Shown here in pieces: positions 1 to 9,793 of a DNA stretch of 64,000 bases. The notes under the pieces are model-generated. The model made no database searches and was not told the DNA's origin. It saw only the letters and a program-made list of their open reading frames with translations. The stretch comes from an uncultured Actinomycetes bacterium. Its GTDB lineage: Bacteria > SZUA-79 > Acidulodesulfobacterales > Acidulodesulfobacteraceae. Location of the stretch: contig CAZVZU010000002.1 of NCBI GenBank assembly GCA_964631685.1, positions 197,216 to 261,215 of the forward strand, written 5' to 3'. Both the position numbers and the translations under genes were made by a program. Each line of letters begins with the position of its first letter. Positions within the stretch are counted from its first letter, which is position 1.

Positions 1-394
1 CCTGCTCCAATTTTTTATCTCCACCGAACACTATATCTCTTTCCCTAAAATCCGTAGTAAATTGGAATGGCACGAAGCTTTCAACGCCTATCTCGCCATT
101 TGCCAAATTTCTCCTTGTGCCCCAACTGTACATACCGCATCCTATTGGACCGTGGCTTATATTAATAACATCCTTTACCGGTCCCCAGACTACTCCCTTA
201 GCGCCGGCATATGCACACCCCCTAGGGGTCATTACACCCGGCAGGGATTTAACATTAGATTTTGCTACACAACTCCCACAATCTTCTTTGTTATTTATAC
301 CAAAATGGTCTTTTCTATTTTTCTTTGCCTTCTCTGAATAAATATCAAGAATCTCATCTACTATCTCTTTATTTTTTTTAAAGTTCACAGCCAT
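1..394 (-). CDS. nifD: Nitrogenase MoFe protein alpha chain, 5' part only (runs off the window)
   Basis: Not in the ORF track; translated by hand: [19 protein letters not shown]...[24 protein letters not shown]...[17 protein letters not shown]...[18 protein letters not shown]. Both N-terminal P-cluster Cys are present. SD AAGGAG precedes the ATG at 394. Confidence 0.96.
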   Translation of the reverse strand, partial: MAVNFKKNKEIVDEILDIYSEKAKKNRKDHFGINNKEDCGSCVAKSNVKSLPGVMTPRGCAYAGAKGVVWGPVKDVINISHGPIGCGMYSWGTRRNLANGEIGVESFVPFQFTTDFRERDIVFGGDKKLEQ

Positions 395-457
395 CTCAAA
401 CTCCTTTATCTTTACATTGGTTAATGGTTACATAGTATAAAATGATTAGGTTATTCA

Positions 458-760
458 TTACGTTATATTTGTCAACGGTGCAAATTTGTGTAAATGCATG
501 GTCTTATTCTTTGGACAAACTTTTTCGCAAGACATATCGCCGATACAGTCATCCATACTCTCTATCCTAACTGTCATTTTATCCCCAGCATCTTCAAGGG
601 TATATACACCGCCTGGGCAAACCTTGATACACCTGCCGCAGGATATGCAATTTTCCTTGTCGAATTCTATTAAAAAATGCGGGACCCATCTGCCGCCTGA
701 ACGACGAGGTGCACTGATATAATTATTGATGTCGCCATTAAATCCATCCATAATGCCCAT
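458..760 (-). CDS. nif-associated dicluster ferredoxin (ferredoxin III/FdxB-like)
   Basis: RRSGGRWVPHF N-terminus resembles FdxB; motifs CISCGRCIKVCP and CIGDMSCEKVCP; SD GGAGG. Confidence 0.85.
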   Translation of the reverse strand: MGIMDGFNGDINNYISAPRRSGGRWVPHFLIEFDKENCISCGRCIKVCPGGVYTLEDAGDKMTVRIESMDDCIGDMSCEKVCPKNKTMHLHKFAPLTNIT

Positions 761-777
761 TGTCGTATTTTTCCTCC

Positions 778-1554
778 CTATTGATAATTTTTAAAGATTC
801 TTATCTTTATATCTATTCCATCCGGTTCTATGCTAGAAATATCTGTCAATCCAGCTTCAGATAAATATTTCTTATATTCCAATATATCCAAAGAGCAGTT
901 CAATTTTCGTTTTAACGATTTAACCTTTTGAGGGCTCATATGCTTTGTGAGTGCAGTAAACTCATCATCCGGAATATCCTTTCTGAACTCATATATTAGA
1001 ATTTCTCCGCCGCGGCTCAGAACCCTATACATCTCTATTAGGGAATTAAGTTTGTCATCTAGGCATTTGAACGTTCCTTTAAGCATGATTAGATCGAAAC
1101 TGAAGCTACCGAAAGGAAGCCTCGTGCTATCGGCAACCATGTACTTGAGCCCAAAATTATAATCATTTGAATAATTAAACTCATTCCTTAACATTGTAAA
1201 TGCCGCATTGTTGATCTCATGCGCAGGATTTAAATTTACAACGCAATCCATTTTTAATCTTTTTTTAAAAACCTTAACCGCGTGATTTATCATAGTAGGA
1301 GATTTGTCTATTCCAATCACGGTTGAATCAGGCAATACATCGTTGATTCTTCTAGCTATGTAACCGGGACCGCAACCAAGGTCTAAAATATTGTGCGGTG
1401 CATACGGAATTTCAGCTAAAATTTTGTCTACAAACGGGGCATAATCCTCTTTCATCTTGATTTTTGTATCACTAGTTGCTATATAAAGCTCTTCATCTTG
1501 AGAAAAACTAATGCTCTTTGAAAGTTTGCATCCTAACACGGTATCTTTTTGCAT
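778..1554 (-). CDS. Class I SAM-dependent methyltransferase
   Basis: ILDLGCGPG motif I, GIDKS, ADSTRLPF..SFDLI, EMYRVLSRGG; strong SD; overlaps the nifB stop. Confidence 0.88.
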   Translation of the reverse strand: MQKDTVLGCKLSKSISFSQDEELYIATSDTKIKMKEDYAPFVDKILAEIPYAPHNILDLGCGPGYIARRINDVLPDSTVIGIDKSPTMINHAVKVFKKRLKMDCVVNLNPAHEINNAAFTMLRNEFNYSNDYNFGLKYMVADSTRLPFGSFSFDLIMLKGTFKCLDDKLNSLIEMYRVLSRGGEILIYEFRKDIPDDEFTALTKHMSPQKVKSLKRKLNCSLDILEYKKYLSEAGLTDISSIEPDGIDIKIRIFKNYQ

Positions 1555-2468
1555 ATTGAACCCTCCTCCGCTTCGCTTAGTTTTTTACTTAAGTCACCGT
1601 CTAATAGCCCCGCAGCATCTGAGCGACACTGCCTGCAATGATCCATGATGTTTATGCCTTCAAGTCCGCTCGTAATATCAATAACATCCTTTCTACCGGC
1701 GCCTTCTACGCCTGTTTTATAGAAATAAGATTTTTCTGCTGGTATCATAGGCATTACATTAAATAAGTACACGCCAAGCTTTTTTACCGTTTCTGAAATA
1801 TCTTTTATATGAAAATCATTTATGCCCGGTATAAGAACAGAATTTATTTTTATGGTAAATCCTTTTTTTACAGCCTTAGCTATGCCCCTTATCTGCATAT
1901 CCAACAACAGCTCCGCTGCATCTTTTCCGGTATACACGACATCTTTGTAGTTCACATATCTATAAATTTTATCAGCAACAGAAATATCTATCGCATTAAG
2001 GGTTACAGTTATAAAATTAACACCCCTGTCTTCAAGTTCATCTAAATTATCCGCTAAATTTAAGCCGTTGGTGCTCATACATAGCATAATATCCGGAAAT
2101 TCTTCAGTAATAAACCCAAATGCTTTCATCGTATCATCCGGATCAGACAAGCTATCACCCGGACCTGCTATGGCGGCAACGCTTACATTGTTAAAGAATT
2201 TCTTGACCTGATATATTCGAGCTACAGCATCTTCGGGGGCAATTAAGCTTGACGTTACACCCGGCCTCGACTCATTGGGACAGTCATAATCTCTATGGCA
2301 ATAGTTGCAGGAAATATTACAAGTCTTAGCAATAGGCAGATGAACCCTGCCATAACTCATAGCCGCTCCTTTATTAAAGCATGGATGTCTTTCAACGCCG
2401 GATATAATGTCCGCCCTAATGCTTTGCGGCAAGTCTTTCTTGTCTTTTTTAAAGTCAGTTATATTCAT
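1533..2468 (-). CDS. nifB: FeMo-cofactor biosynthesis radical SAM protein NifB (short form, no NifX domain)
   Basis: HPCF, RVHLP, CNISCNYC, NESRPGVT, AGPGD, TNG and C-terminal HCRQCRSDA motifs. Confidence 0.95.
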   Translation of the reverse strand: MNITDFKKDKKDLPQSIRADIISGVERHPCFNKGAAMSYGRVHLPIAKTCNISCNYCHRDYDCPNESRPGVTSSLIAPEDAVARIYQVKKFFNNVSVAAIAGPGDSLSDPDDTMKAFGFITEEFPDIMLCMSTNGLNLADNLDELEDRGVNFITVTLNAIDISVADKIYRYVNYKDVVYTGKDAAELLLDMQIRGIAKAVKKGFTIKINSVLIPGINDFHIKDISETVKKLGVYLFNVMPMIPAEKSYFYKTGVEGAGRKDVIDITSGLEGINIMDHCRQCRSDAAGLLDGDLSKKLSEAEEGSICKKIPC

Positions 2469-2565
2469 GCATAGTCACCTGATAAACGCACATCAATATT
2501 ATTTTATTGAAAACCAGTCGCGTCATTTTCTATTAATCTTCATCAATCTCGGACAATAACCTATA

Positions 2566-3453
<888 letters not shown>

Positions 3454-3459
3454 TTATTA

Positions 3460-3543
3460 AAATATAAAAACGCCATAATTAAAGGGATAATATTACAAAT
3501 CCGATTAACGATGGCGTCATTGCCGTCAGCGCCCAATTGCGCT
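3460..3543 (-). promoter_or_regulatory. ANTAR-type dual-hairpin antitermination element with overlapping intrinsic terminator in the nifH leader
   Basis: Minus strand AGCGC-AAUUGG-GCGCU, linker GAC, then GGC-AAUGAC-GCC (6-nt loops). The 3' part of the second hairpin, GACGCCAU, pairs with downstream AUGGCGUU, which is followed by a U-rich tail. Confidence 0.7.
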
Positions 3544-3634
3544 TTTGTTTATTAATGTTTAATTCGATAACTTTTAAATGTATTAAATCTTAAACTCTCC
3601 CATAAAATCTTATTTATTATTTATATTTATATAT

Positions 3635-3650
3635 AGCAATAACCGTGCCA
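3635..3650 (-). promoter_or_regulatory. sigma54 -24/-12 promoter for the nifH operon
   Basis: TGGCACGGTTATTGCT matches TGGCAC-N5-TTGC. Confidence 0.92.
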
Positions 3651-3725
3651 CAATTCTTATATCATTAATTTACGGTATTACATAGGGACTTACTGCTTTT
3701 GATAGAATTATTTTAATCTACTACT

Positions 3726-3763
3726 TGCTCAATTTTTAATCACATATGATTAAATTTATGGCA
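3726..3763. promoter_or_regulatory. Tandem 17-bp NtrC-like enhancer sites
   Basis: TGCTCAATTTTTAATCA (3726-3742) and TGATTAAATTTATGGCA (3747-3763), 21 bp apart, between two divergent sigma54 promoters; similar sites lie upstream of glnB. Confidence 0.6.
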
Positions 3764-3844
3764 ATACTTATTAATTTTTAGAATATTGATTATAAAATAT
3801 GACGGTGAAATCGCATAATAACTCAATGCGTTGCTTATGCAGTG

Positions 3845-3860
3845 TGGCATGGAATATGCA
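3845..3860 (+). promoter_or_regulatory. sigma54 promoter for nifV
   Basis: TGGCATGGAATATGCA, GG-N10-GC spacing. Confidence 0.75.
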
Positions 3861-3872
3861 TTTTATAAATAT

Positions 3873-5018
3873 ATGAAGAAGATTATCATTAATGATACAA
3901 CATTGAGGGACGGAGAGCAGACTGCAGGAATTGTTTTTTCAATATCGGAAAAGTTACTGATTGCAAAAATGCTTGATAAAATTGGGGTGGACGAGATTGA
4001 AGCCGGCATCCCCGTAATGGGAGATAATGAAAAAAAAGTAATTAAACATATTAATGAATTAGGTCTTAGGGCAAAAATAGTCGGTTGGAACCGAGCAAAA
4101 TTGGAGGATATTTATGCATCGCTTGATATAGGGCTCAAGGTTGTCCACGTTTCTATTCCAATTTCTCAAATTCAAATGAAATACAAGCTAAAAAAAGATT
4201 GTAAATATGTTAGGACACATCTGATAAATATTCTTAGGATATTAAACAGAGAAGGTATAAAATATTCAGTGGGCGGTGAGGACTCTTCACGGGCAGATGA
4301 GGATATGATTATCGAAATAATAAAAATAGCGAAAGAAGAAGGTGCCTATAAGTATAGGTATTCAGATACGGTCGGGGTACTGAACCCCTTAAAGACATTT
4401 AAAAATATAAAAAAATTAACGTCATTATTTAAAGATATATTAATTGAAATTCATACTCATAACGATTTTGGTATGGCTTCCGCAAATTCTGTTGCAGCCT
4501 TACAAGCCGGAGCCAGTTCTTTGTCAGGCAGTGTCTCCGGCATTGGCGAAAGAGCGGGAAATTGCGCTCTTGAGGAGGTAGTTTCATATTTAAACTTTAT
4601 TGAAAACGAAAAAATTAATTTTAATCTAATTAAAGCGAAAAAACTGGCTGAATTTATAGCAAAAATAACAAAACGGCCTATCCCATTGCCTAAACCGATC
4701 TTTGGTAAGAACATATTTTATCACGAAGCAGGCATTCACACCGATGGAATATTGAAAAATCCGATAAATTATGAAGCGTTTCCCCCTGAATATGTCGGGG
4801 CAAAAAGAAAATTAATGATAGGAAAACACAGCGGTTCTTCTATAGTTAAACACGAACTGCATAAAATTGGATGCCAGGTAACAAACGATGAGGCTAAAGA
4901 CATTCTTAATATTATCAAGGCAAGATCTGTTAAACTAAAAAGATGCTTGACACATAAAGAGGTCGAATCTATTTACAATAGTTATAAACTGAACACCGAT
5001 TACGACATCAATATCTAA
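3873..5018 (+). CDS. nifV: Homocitrate synthase
   Basis: DTTLRDGEQ, HTHNDFGMA, GIGERAGN, HEAGIHTDG, YEAFPPE, GKHSG; no LeuA regulatory domain; next to nifH. Start moved to ATG 3873 (MKKIIIND). Confidence 0.9.
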   Translation: MKKIIINDTTLRDGEQTAGIVFSISEKLLIAKMLDKIGVDEIEAGIPVMGDNEKKVIKHINELGLRAKIVGWNRAKLEDIYASLDIGLKVVHVSIPISQIQMKYKLKKDCKYVRTHLINILRILNREGIKYSVGGEDSSRADEDMIIEIIKIAKEEGAYKYRYSDTVGVLNPLKTFKNIKKLTSLFKDILIEIHTHNDFGMASANSVAALQAGASSLSGSVSGIGERAGNCALEEVVSYLNFIENEKINFNLIKAKKLAEFIAKITKRPIPLPKPIFGKNIFYHEAGIHTDGILKNPINYEAFPPEYVGAKRKLMIGKHSGSSIVKHELHKIGCQVTNDEAKDILNIIKARSVKLKRCLTHKEVESIYNSYKLNTDYDINI

Positions 5019-5031
5019 AATGCCACAACGT

Positions 5032-6771
5032 TCATACTTGCAAGGATTCCTTTATTTCTTTCAAGATTTTAATTCTATTGTGAATAAGATCCTCGAGGGT
5101 TGTCGCCTTAACGGCAGTATTTCGTTTGGATGCTATGCCCGCATCTAGTGCCTTCAAAACATTGCTCTGCACAGCTTCTACGGCATCTATAACACTCAAA
5201 CGATAATTTCGCCTTAGTTGTTCCATGCGCATAGAAAAATCATAATTTGCCTTGCCGCAATGCATATCAACGAGCATCCTCGACTTTTCTCTTGCTTCCT
5301 TTAGGATTAATTTATGTGCCAATGCCTTTGGCAACGCTTTTTTCATTAAATCCAGGGTAACACTCAACATACCCGGCTCATCCACCGTTTGAAACCTAAA
5401 TTCAATTTGTGGCGGTAATGTTTCCCGCATCTGTATTTGCCGATAAGATATTCCGAATAGTTCGGTTGATGAGTGAATAATTTGTTCAAGGATTTTGTTC
5501 ATGCGATGCATGAACCGTTTAAATATTGCCTCAAGATGTTTTGATAGAATCTTTTCTTCCTCAGTCCTCCAAGAACCAAATATATTCCTTATTTGAGTAT
5601 CAATAAGCTTGCCGATAAGTTCGTTAAATTTTGCATTTCCCTCCGATCCGTGCTCCTTCGTAAATGATTCAACCTGTGACAAGAGAAATTTGGTCTTTTC
5701 TTGCTTTAATTTTTCTATATCTGCCCCAAGTATATCTTTTTTTAGGGATTTAACCTCCTCTGCAAGAAGTCTTTCGCTATCTACCTTTTCCTGATTAATA
5801 TCACAAATAAAATTTTGAAAGGTTGCAATATTTTTTTCTAATTTATCAAGGGGAAGATTGACCGATTTTTCCTCAAGTTCGGCAAAAAGCATCTCCTCAT
5901 TGACAAGATTATTTGTCTTTTCGGTCACCGATTTGACTAAAACTTCACCTTTCTCATTGACAAGAAATTGTTCAAGCGACTGTTCAAAACTAAATAAACC
6001 GCTTCTTTTTATCTTTTGAGAATCGCCTTCCTTTTTGCCCTTTAACGCATCTTTGCCCGATAGAGGATAAATTATAACATCACTAACATTAGATTCTTCC
6101 TCTATTACTTTTTTACTAAATGCAAGTGACTCATCTCTGTCTGCCTCGCTTACGGTATCAATTTTGCTTTGCACAAAGAATATTTTGCCTACCATATTTT
6201 TTACATCACGTAAAAACTGGAGTTCGGCATGTGTAAGCGGCGGATCAACCCCAACTATAAATATAGCCGCATCAGCGTGCGGTAAATACTCGTAAGTGGT
6301 ATGGGTATTATGCTCGTAAGTTGAAGCAATACCCGGCGTATCTATAATTTGAACACCATTTTTTAGGTATGGAGATGGATAAGCAACCTTAACACGCTCC
6401 ACCCCTTTCTCGTTTTTTGGGTTATGTTTTTCCGTTATGTAAAGGGGCAGATCTTTATGTATAATTTTTTTTTCAGTTCCGTTCTTAAAAAAAGCTGTAA
6501 TTTGTAACTCATCCCCATATTCCAGTATTGTTATAATGGAAGTAAGGGGGATAACAGCCGTCGGCAAAAGATCCTCTCCTAGCAAGGCATTAATGAATGT
6601 AGTTTTGCCCCTCTTAAATTGTCCTACAACAACTAATGAAAAAACATCTGCTTTTAACTTTACACACAACGAACGTGCCGCAACCACCGCATGTTCGCCT
6701 GTAGCTGCGCTTTCTAATCTTTCTAAACTTTCCAATAAGTCCGTTTTAATTTTTACATATGTATCAAACAT
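5032..6771 (-). CDS. Bacterial dynamin-like GTPase
   Basis: G1 GQFKRGKTT, G2 PTAVIPLT, G3 DTPG, G4 SKID, followed by a long helical C-terminal region. Confidence 0.88.
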   Translation of the reverse strand: MFDTYVKIKTDLLESLERLESAATGEHAVVAARSLCVKLKADVFSLVVVGQFKRGKTTFINALLGEDLLPTAVIPLTSIITILEYGDELQITAFFKNGTEKKIIHKDLPLYITEKHNPKNEKGVERVKVAYPSPYLKNGVQIIDTPGIASTYEHNTHTTYEYLPHADAAIFIVGVDPPLTHAELQFLRDVKNMVGKIFFVQSKIDTVSEADRDESLAFSKKVIEEESNVSDVIIYPLSGKDALKGKKEGDSQKIKRSGLFSFEQSLEQFLVNEKGEVLVKSVTEKTNNLVNEEMLFAELEEKSVNLPLDKLEKNIATFQNFICDINQEKVDSERLLAEEVKSLKKDILGADIEKLKQEKTKFLLSQVESFTKEHGSEGNAKFNELIGKLIDTQIRNIFGSWRTEEEKILSKHLEAIFKRFMHRMNKILEQIIHSSTELFGISYRQIQMRETLPPQIEFRFQTVDEPGMLSVTLDLMKKALPKALAHKLILKEAREKSRMLVDMHCGKANYDFSMRMEQLRRNYRLSVIDAVEAVQSNVLKALDAGIASKRNTAVKATTLEDLIHNRIKILKEIKESLQV

Positions 6772-6805
6772 GATGTTTATACACGAATTAGTTAATATTT
6801 TTATT

Positions 6806-8953
6806 TTAAACCGGTATTAAAACAATTATAAAAAATGACACGATGAAAACAAAAAAGATATAAAAAATATAGAGATTCAAAGAACCGTTTTGCATCAATT
6901 CCGTTGTAATAGAGCTTATCCTTTCGAACAACCTTATAAATGGAAGATATAAATAATACTCAATAAGTGGAAATATATATGAACCGTAACCACTCGAATT
7001 ATGATAATAAGATGAATATGGAAACGGGTTGGATATATTTTTTCTATTCGGCCTTAAATATTCATCGCCGTGATAATAAGATAGTGTGTGAATTTTTCTA
7101 TCCGAAAGTCTAAGCCTTTGCCTATAAACAATATTAAACATTATTCTTAAGGCATTTGAAAACCCGAGCGTCGAAACTTGGGTTTGAGGATTTACTACAT
7201 TTCTACCCCCCGTCCAAGCGTAATCTACTATGCGTTTTCTAGGCCTTACGATAACCCTATACAAAATATAGAGAATCAGTAAAAGCAGTATAGACACAAA
7301 GAATAAATATACGGGACTTGATGCCGAAAAAGAGCTGTAATATGGTATGAAAATATAATTGTGTAGAATTTTTTTATCAATATTTACATGATAAATTAGT
7401 TCTGATACCCTAGAAAAAATGGGTGTGTATAAAAACATGAAACCGGCAAGGGAGATGCTCAACAGCACCGGCATTAGCAATGCTATATTCATAGATATAG
7501 GAACTTCTTTGACCTTTTTAGCCTCATTTGAACGTGGCAAGCCTAGAAAGGTTAATCCGTATAATTTTACATAATTGGATATTGCAACTGCCGAACTCAA
7601 CGCTAAAATAGCACCCACGCCGAAGAGAAGTATTCTTGGCAAGACGTCGATTATATGAAAACCCAAGAAGATCATTTCTAAATTAAGCCATTCCGATACA
7701 AACCCATTAAGCGGCGGGATGCCTGCGGCTGAAAGAACCCCTATGAACATAAGTATGCCAGTTATAGGCATCTTCTTTAAAATTCCACCAAAATTATCCA
7801 TATTATGGCTTCCTGTCTCATATTCAATATTGCCGGATGCCATAAACAAGAGACTTTTAAAAAATGCGTGGTTTATGAGCGCATATAGCGAAGCAACCAG
7901 AGCAAGAGCGGAAAGTCCGTATAGCCCGTAGTATTGATAATACAAAGATGCACCGATACCCGTTAAAACAAGTCCCATGTTATCCACGGTGGAATATGAA
8001 AGTAAAACTTTAATATCATGGGTTTGAGACATATACAGTACGCCAAAAAACATTGTGAAAGCGGCAATAATTAGCGTAATAGTTCCTAATATTAACGCGG
8101 TACTAGCCGGATGCAAAACGTAGAGTCCAAATCGCATTATTCCATAAACACCACAAGATGTAAGTACGCCACTTAAAATCCCTGATACTCCCGAAGGTGA
8201 TGCAGGGTGAGCCTCGGGGAGCCAAATATGCAACGGAACAATACCCATCTTCGCTCCAAATCCGAATAGGAATAGAACAAAAACCATCTCCTTTACATAG
8301 CCCGGTATTATCACATTTTTTAACGCATCAAGATCAAAATTATTCGAGTATAAATATAAGATGATTAATCCGAGCATAATTAGCATTGCTCCGATTTCGG
8401 TAATTACAGCCATTAAAAATGCGGCCCTCGTTGTTCCTTTTATATAATGCTTAGTCATTACCAAGAAAAACGAGGAGATGGCCATGATCTCCCAAAAAAT
8501 CATAAACATAAAACCGTTAAAGACAATGATAACAAAATAAACACTCGCAAGCATTATCCCGTACAAAAAGGCAAACAATGCTCGATTTACTCCTGCCCCC
8601 AACCTGTCAATATACTTTATCTGATACAATGAGATGTAAAAAAATACTCCAAATATGAACATTATAAAAAAATCACTGAGGGTATCAAATCTCAATGTTA
8701 CTCGACCGGCAGGAAAGAAGCTACCAAGATAAATCGTCCGATTAAGAAAATCTTCGCCTTTAAAAAACGCGATTACCGCAAATAAAACGGCAAATAGGGA
8801 AGCCGTCATATAAAAAATATTTGAAAGAACAAAAATATTCTTAATTTTTTTTGATATCAAACCTAAAAATGCAACCAAAATACCAGCTACGGCAAAGACT
8901 AAGAATAGGTAGTAGCAACTTATTGGATTTATAAGGAACGAACTTAAATTCAT
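6806..8953 (-). CDS. HyfB-like (NuoL/MrpA-type) proton-translocating membrane subunit
   Basis: Polytopic; FWEIM, KMGIVPLHIWLPEAHPASPS, NHAFFKSLLF, AGIPPLNGFVSEW. Confidence 0.9.
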   Translation of the reverse strand: MNLSSFLINPISCYYLFLVFAVAGILVAFLGLISKKIKNIFVLSNIFYMTASLFAVLFAVIAFFKGEDFLNRTIYLGSFFPAGRVTLRFDTLSDFFIMFIFGVFFYISLYQIKYIDRLGAGVNRALFAFLYGIMLASVYFVIIVFNGFMFMIFWEIMAISSFFLVMTKHYIKGTTRAAFLMAVITEIGAMLIMLGLIILYLYSNNFDLDALKNVIIPGYVKEMVFVLFLFGFGAKMGIVPLHIWLPEAHPASPSGVSGILSGVLTSCGVYGIMRFGLYVLHPASTALILGTITLIIAAFTMFFGVLYMSQTHDIKVLLSYSTVDNMGLVLTGIGASLYYQYYGLYGLSALALVASLYALINHAFFKSLLFMASGNIEYETGSHNMDNFGGILKKMPITGILMFIGVLSAAGIPPLNGFVSEWLNLEMIFLGFHIIDVLPRILLFGVGAILALSSAVAISNYVKLYGLTFLGLPRSNEAKKVKEVPISMNIALLMPVLLSISLAGFMFLYTPIFSRVSELIYHVNIDKKILHNYIFIPYYSSFSASSPVYLFFVSILLLLILYILYRVIVRPRKRIVDYAWTGGRNVVNPQTQVSTLGFSNALRIMFNIVYRQRLRLSDRKIHTLSYYHGDEYLRPNRKNISNPFPYSSYYHNSSGYGSYIFPLIEYYLYLPFIRLFERISSITTELMQNGSLNLYIFYIFFVFIVSFFIIVLIPV

Positions 8954-9771
8954 TTAAAATCACCTTTTTTTATTTGCAATAATATACTTAATATTTCAAA
9001 TGGATTTGGTGGACAGTGTGGTAATATGACAACATTATCCTCCTTAAAAAGCTTTTTGGCTTCATCGTTGAATAATAATCCTTTACTATCGCTCCGAAAA
9101 CTCTTTTCAAATATGCCCCCGGACAATGAACAAGCACCAATTAGGACTACATATCTCGGCCTTGGAATGTTATCTAACACATTAAAAAAAATATCGGACA
9201 TCTTTTTTGTGTAAGTACCTGTAACCAACAAAACATCTGCGAACCTAGGACTAGGCGTCATAAAAATACCGAGCCTATGCATATTATAATACGGGTTATT
9301 TAACGCGCTAATTTCCGACTCGCATGCCCCGCAGGAGCCTGTATCTATATGTTTTACAAATAAAGATTTTTTAAATATTTTATTTTTGTCCGCACTGGGA
9401 AGCGACGGCGCGGAACAAGCAAAGTCTATTCCATAATTTATCGCTTCAGTGATGTCGCTACAAATATCTATGCATAGTCCGCAAGAAATACATTTGCTTA
9501 TATCTATAGCCCCGACCAGCTTATCCGCATTTGTCTTATCACTTAAATTCCCATACAATTTATCTAACCTAATCGCTTTAGTAGGGCAAACAGATTCACA
9601 CTTCCTGCATTTTAGATCATCATCGGTATCCACCGAATTGCCAAAATTAAGACATTTCTTCTCATTAAATGCAATTGATGAAATAAATCCGTCGTAAAAA
9701 TCATTTTCTTTTGGAAATTTTACTGATTTTATACCAAATTTAAGTCCGCTGTAAGTCCAGAAAAAAGCCAT
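8950..9771 (-). CDS. Fused 2x[4Fe-4S] ferredoxin (NuoI-like) plus hydrogenase-small/NuoB-like subunit
   Basis: CRKCESVCP, CISCGLCIDIC; DTGSCGACESE, SPRFADVLLVTG, GACSLSGG, HCPPNP. Confidence 0.9.
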   Translation of the reverse strand: MAFFWTYSGLKFGIKSVKFPKENDFYDGFISSIAFNEKKCLNFGNSVDTDDDLKCRKCESVCPTKAIRLDKLYGNLSDKTNADKLVGAIDISKCISCGLCIDICSDITEAINYGIDFACSAPSLPSADKNKIFKKSLFVKHIDTGSCGACESEISALNNPYYNMHRLGIFMTPSPRFADVLLVTGTYTKKMSDIFFNVLDNIPRPRYVVLIGACSLSGGIFEKSFRSDSKGLLFNDEAKKLFKEDNVVILPHCPPNPFEILSILLQIKKGDFK

Positions 9772-9793
9772 TATCGTACCCTTTTAACTTTTT

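Noticed and set aside
110..130. Apparent frameshift in nifD near YSWG
   Set aside because: Recounting the C run gives four, so TGG GGC ACA AGG AGA stays in frame.
62..341. Plus-strand ORFs 62-337 and 117-341
   Set aside because: Antisense shadows of nifD.
3831..3872. ORF-track TTG start for nifV
   Set aside because: It overlaps the sigma54 promoter; family similarity starts at MKKIIIND.
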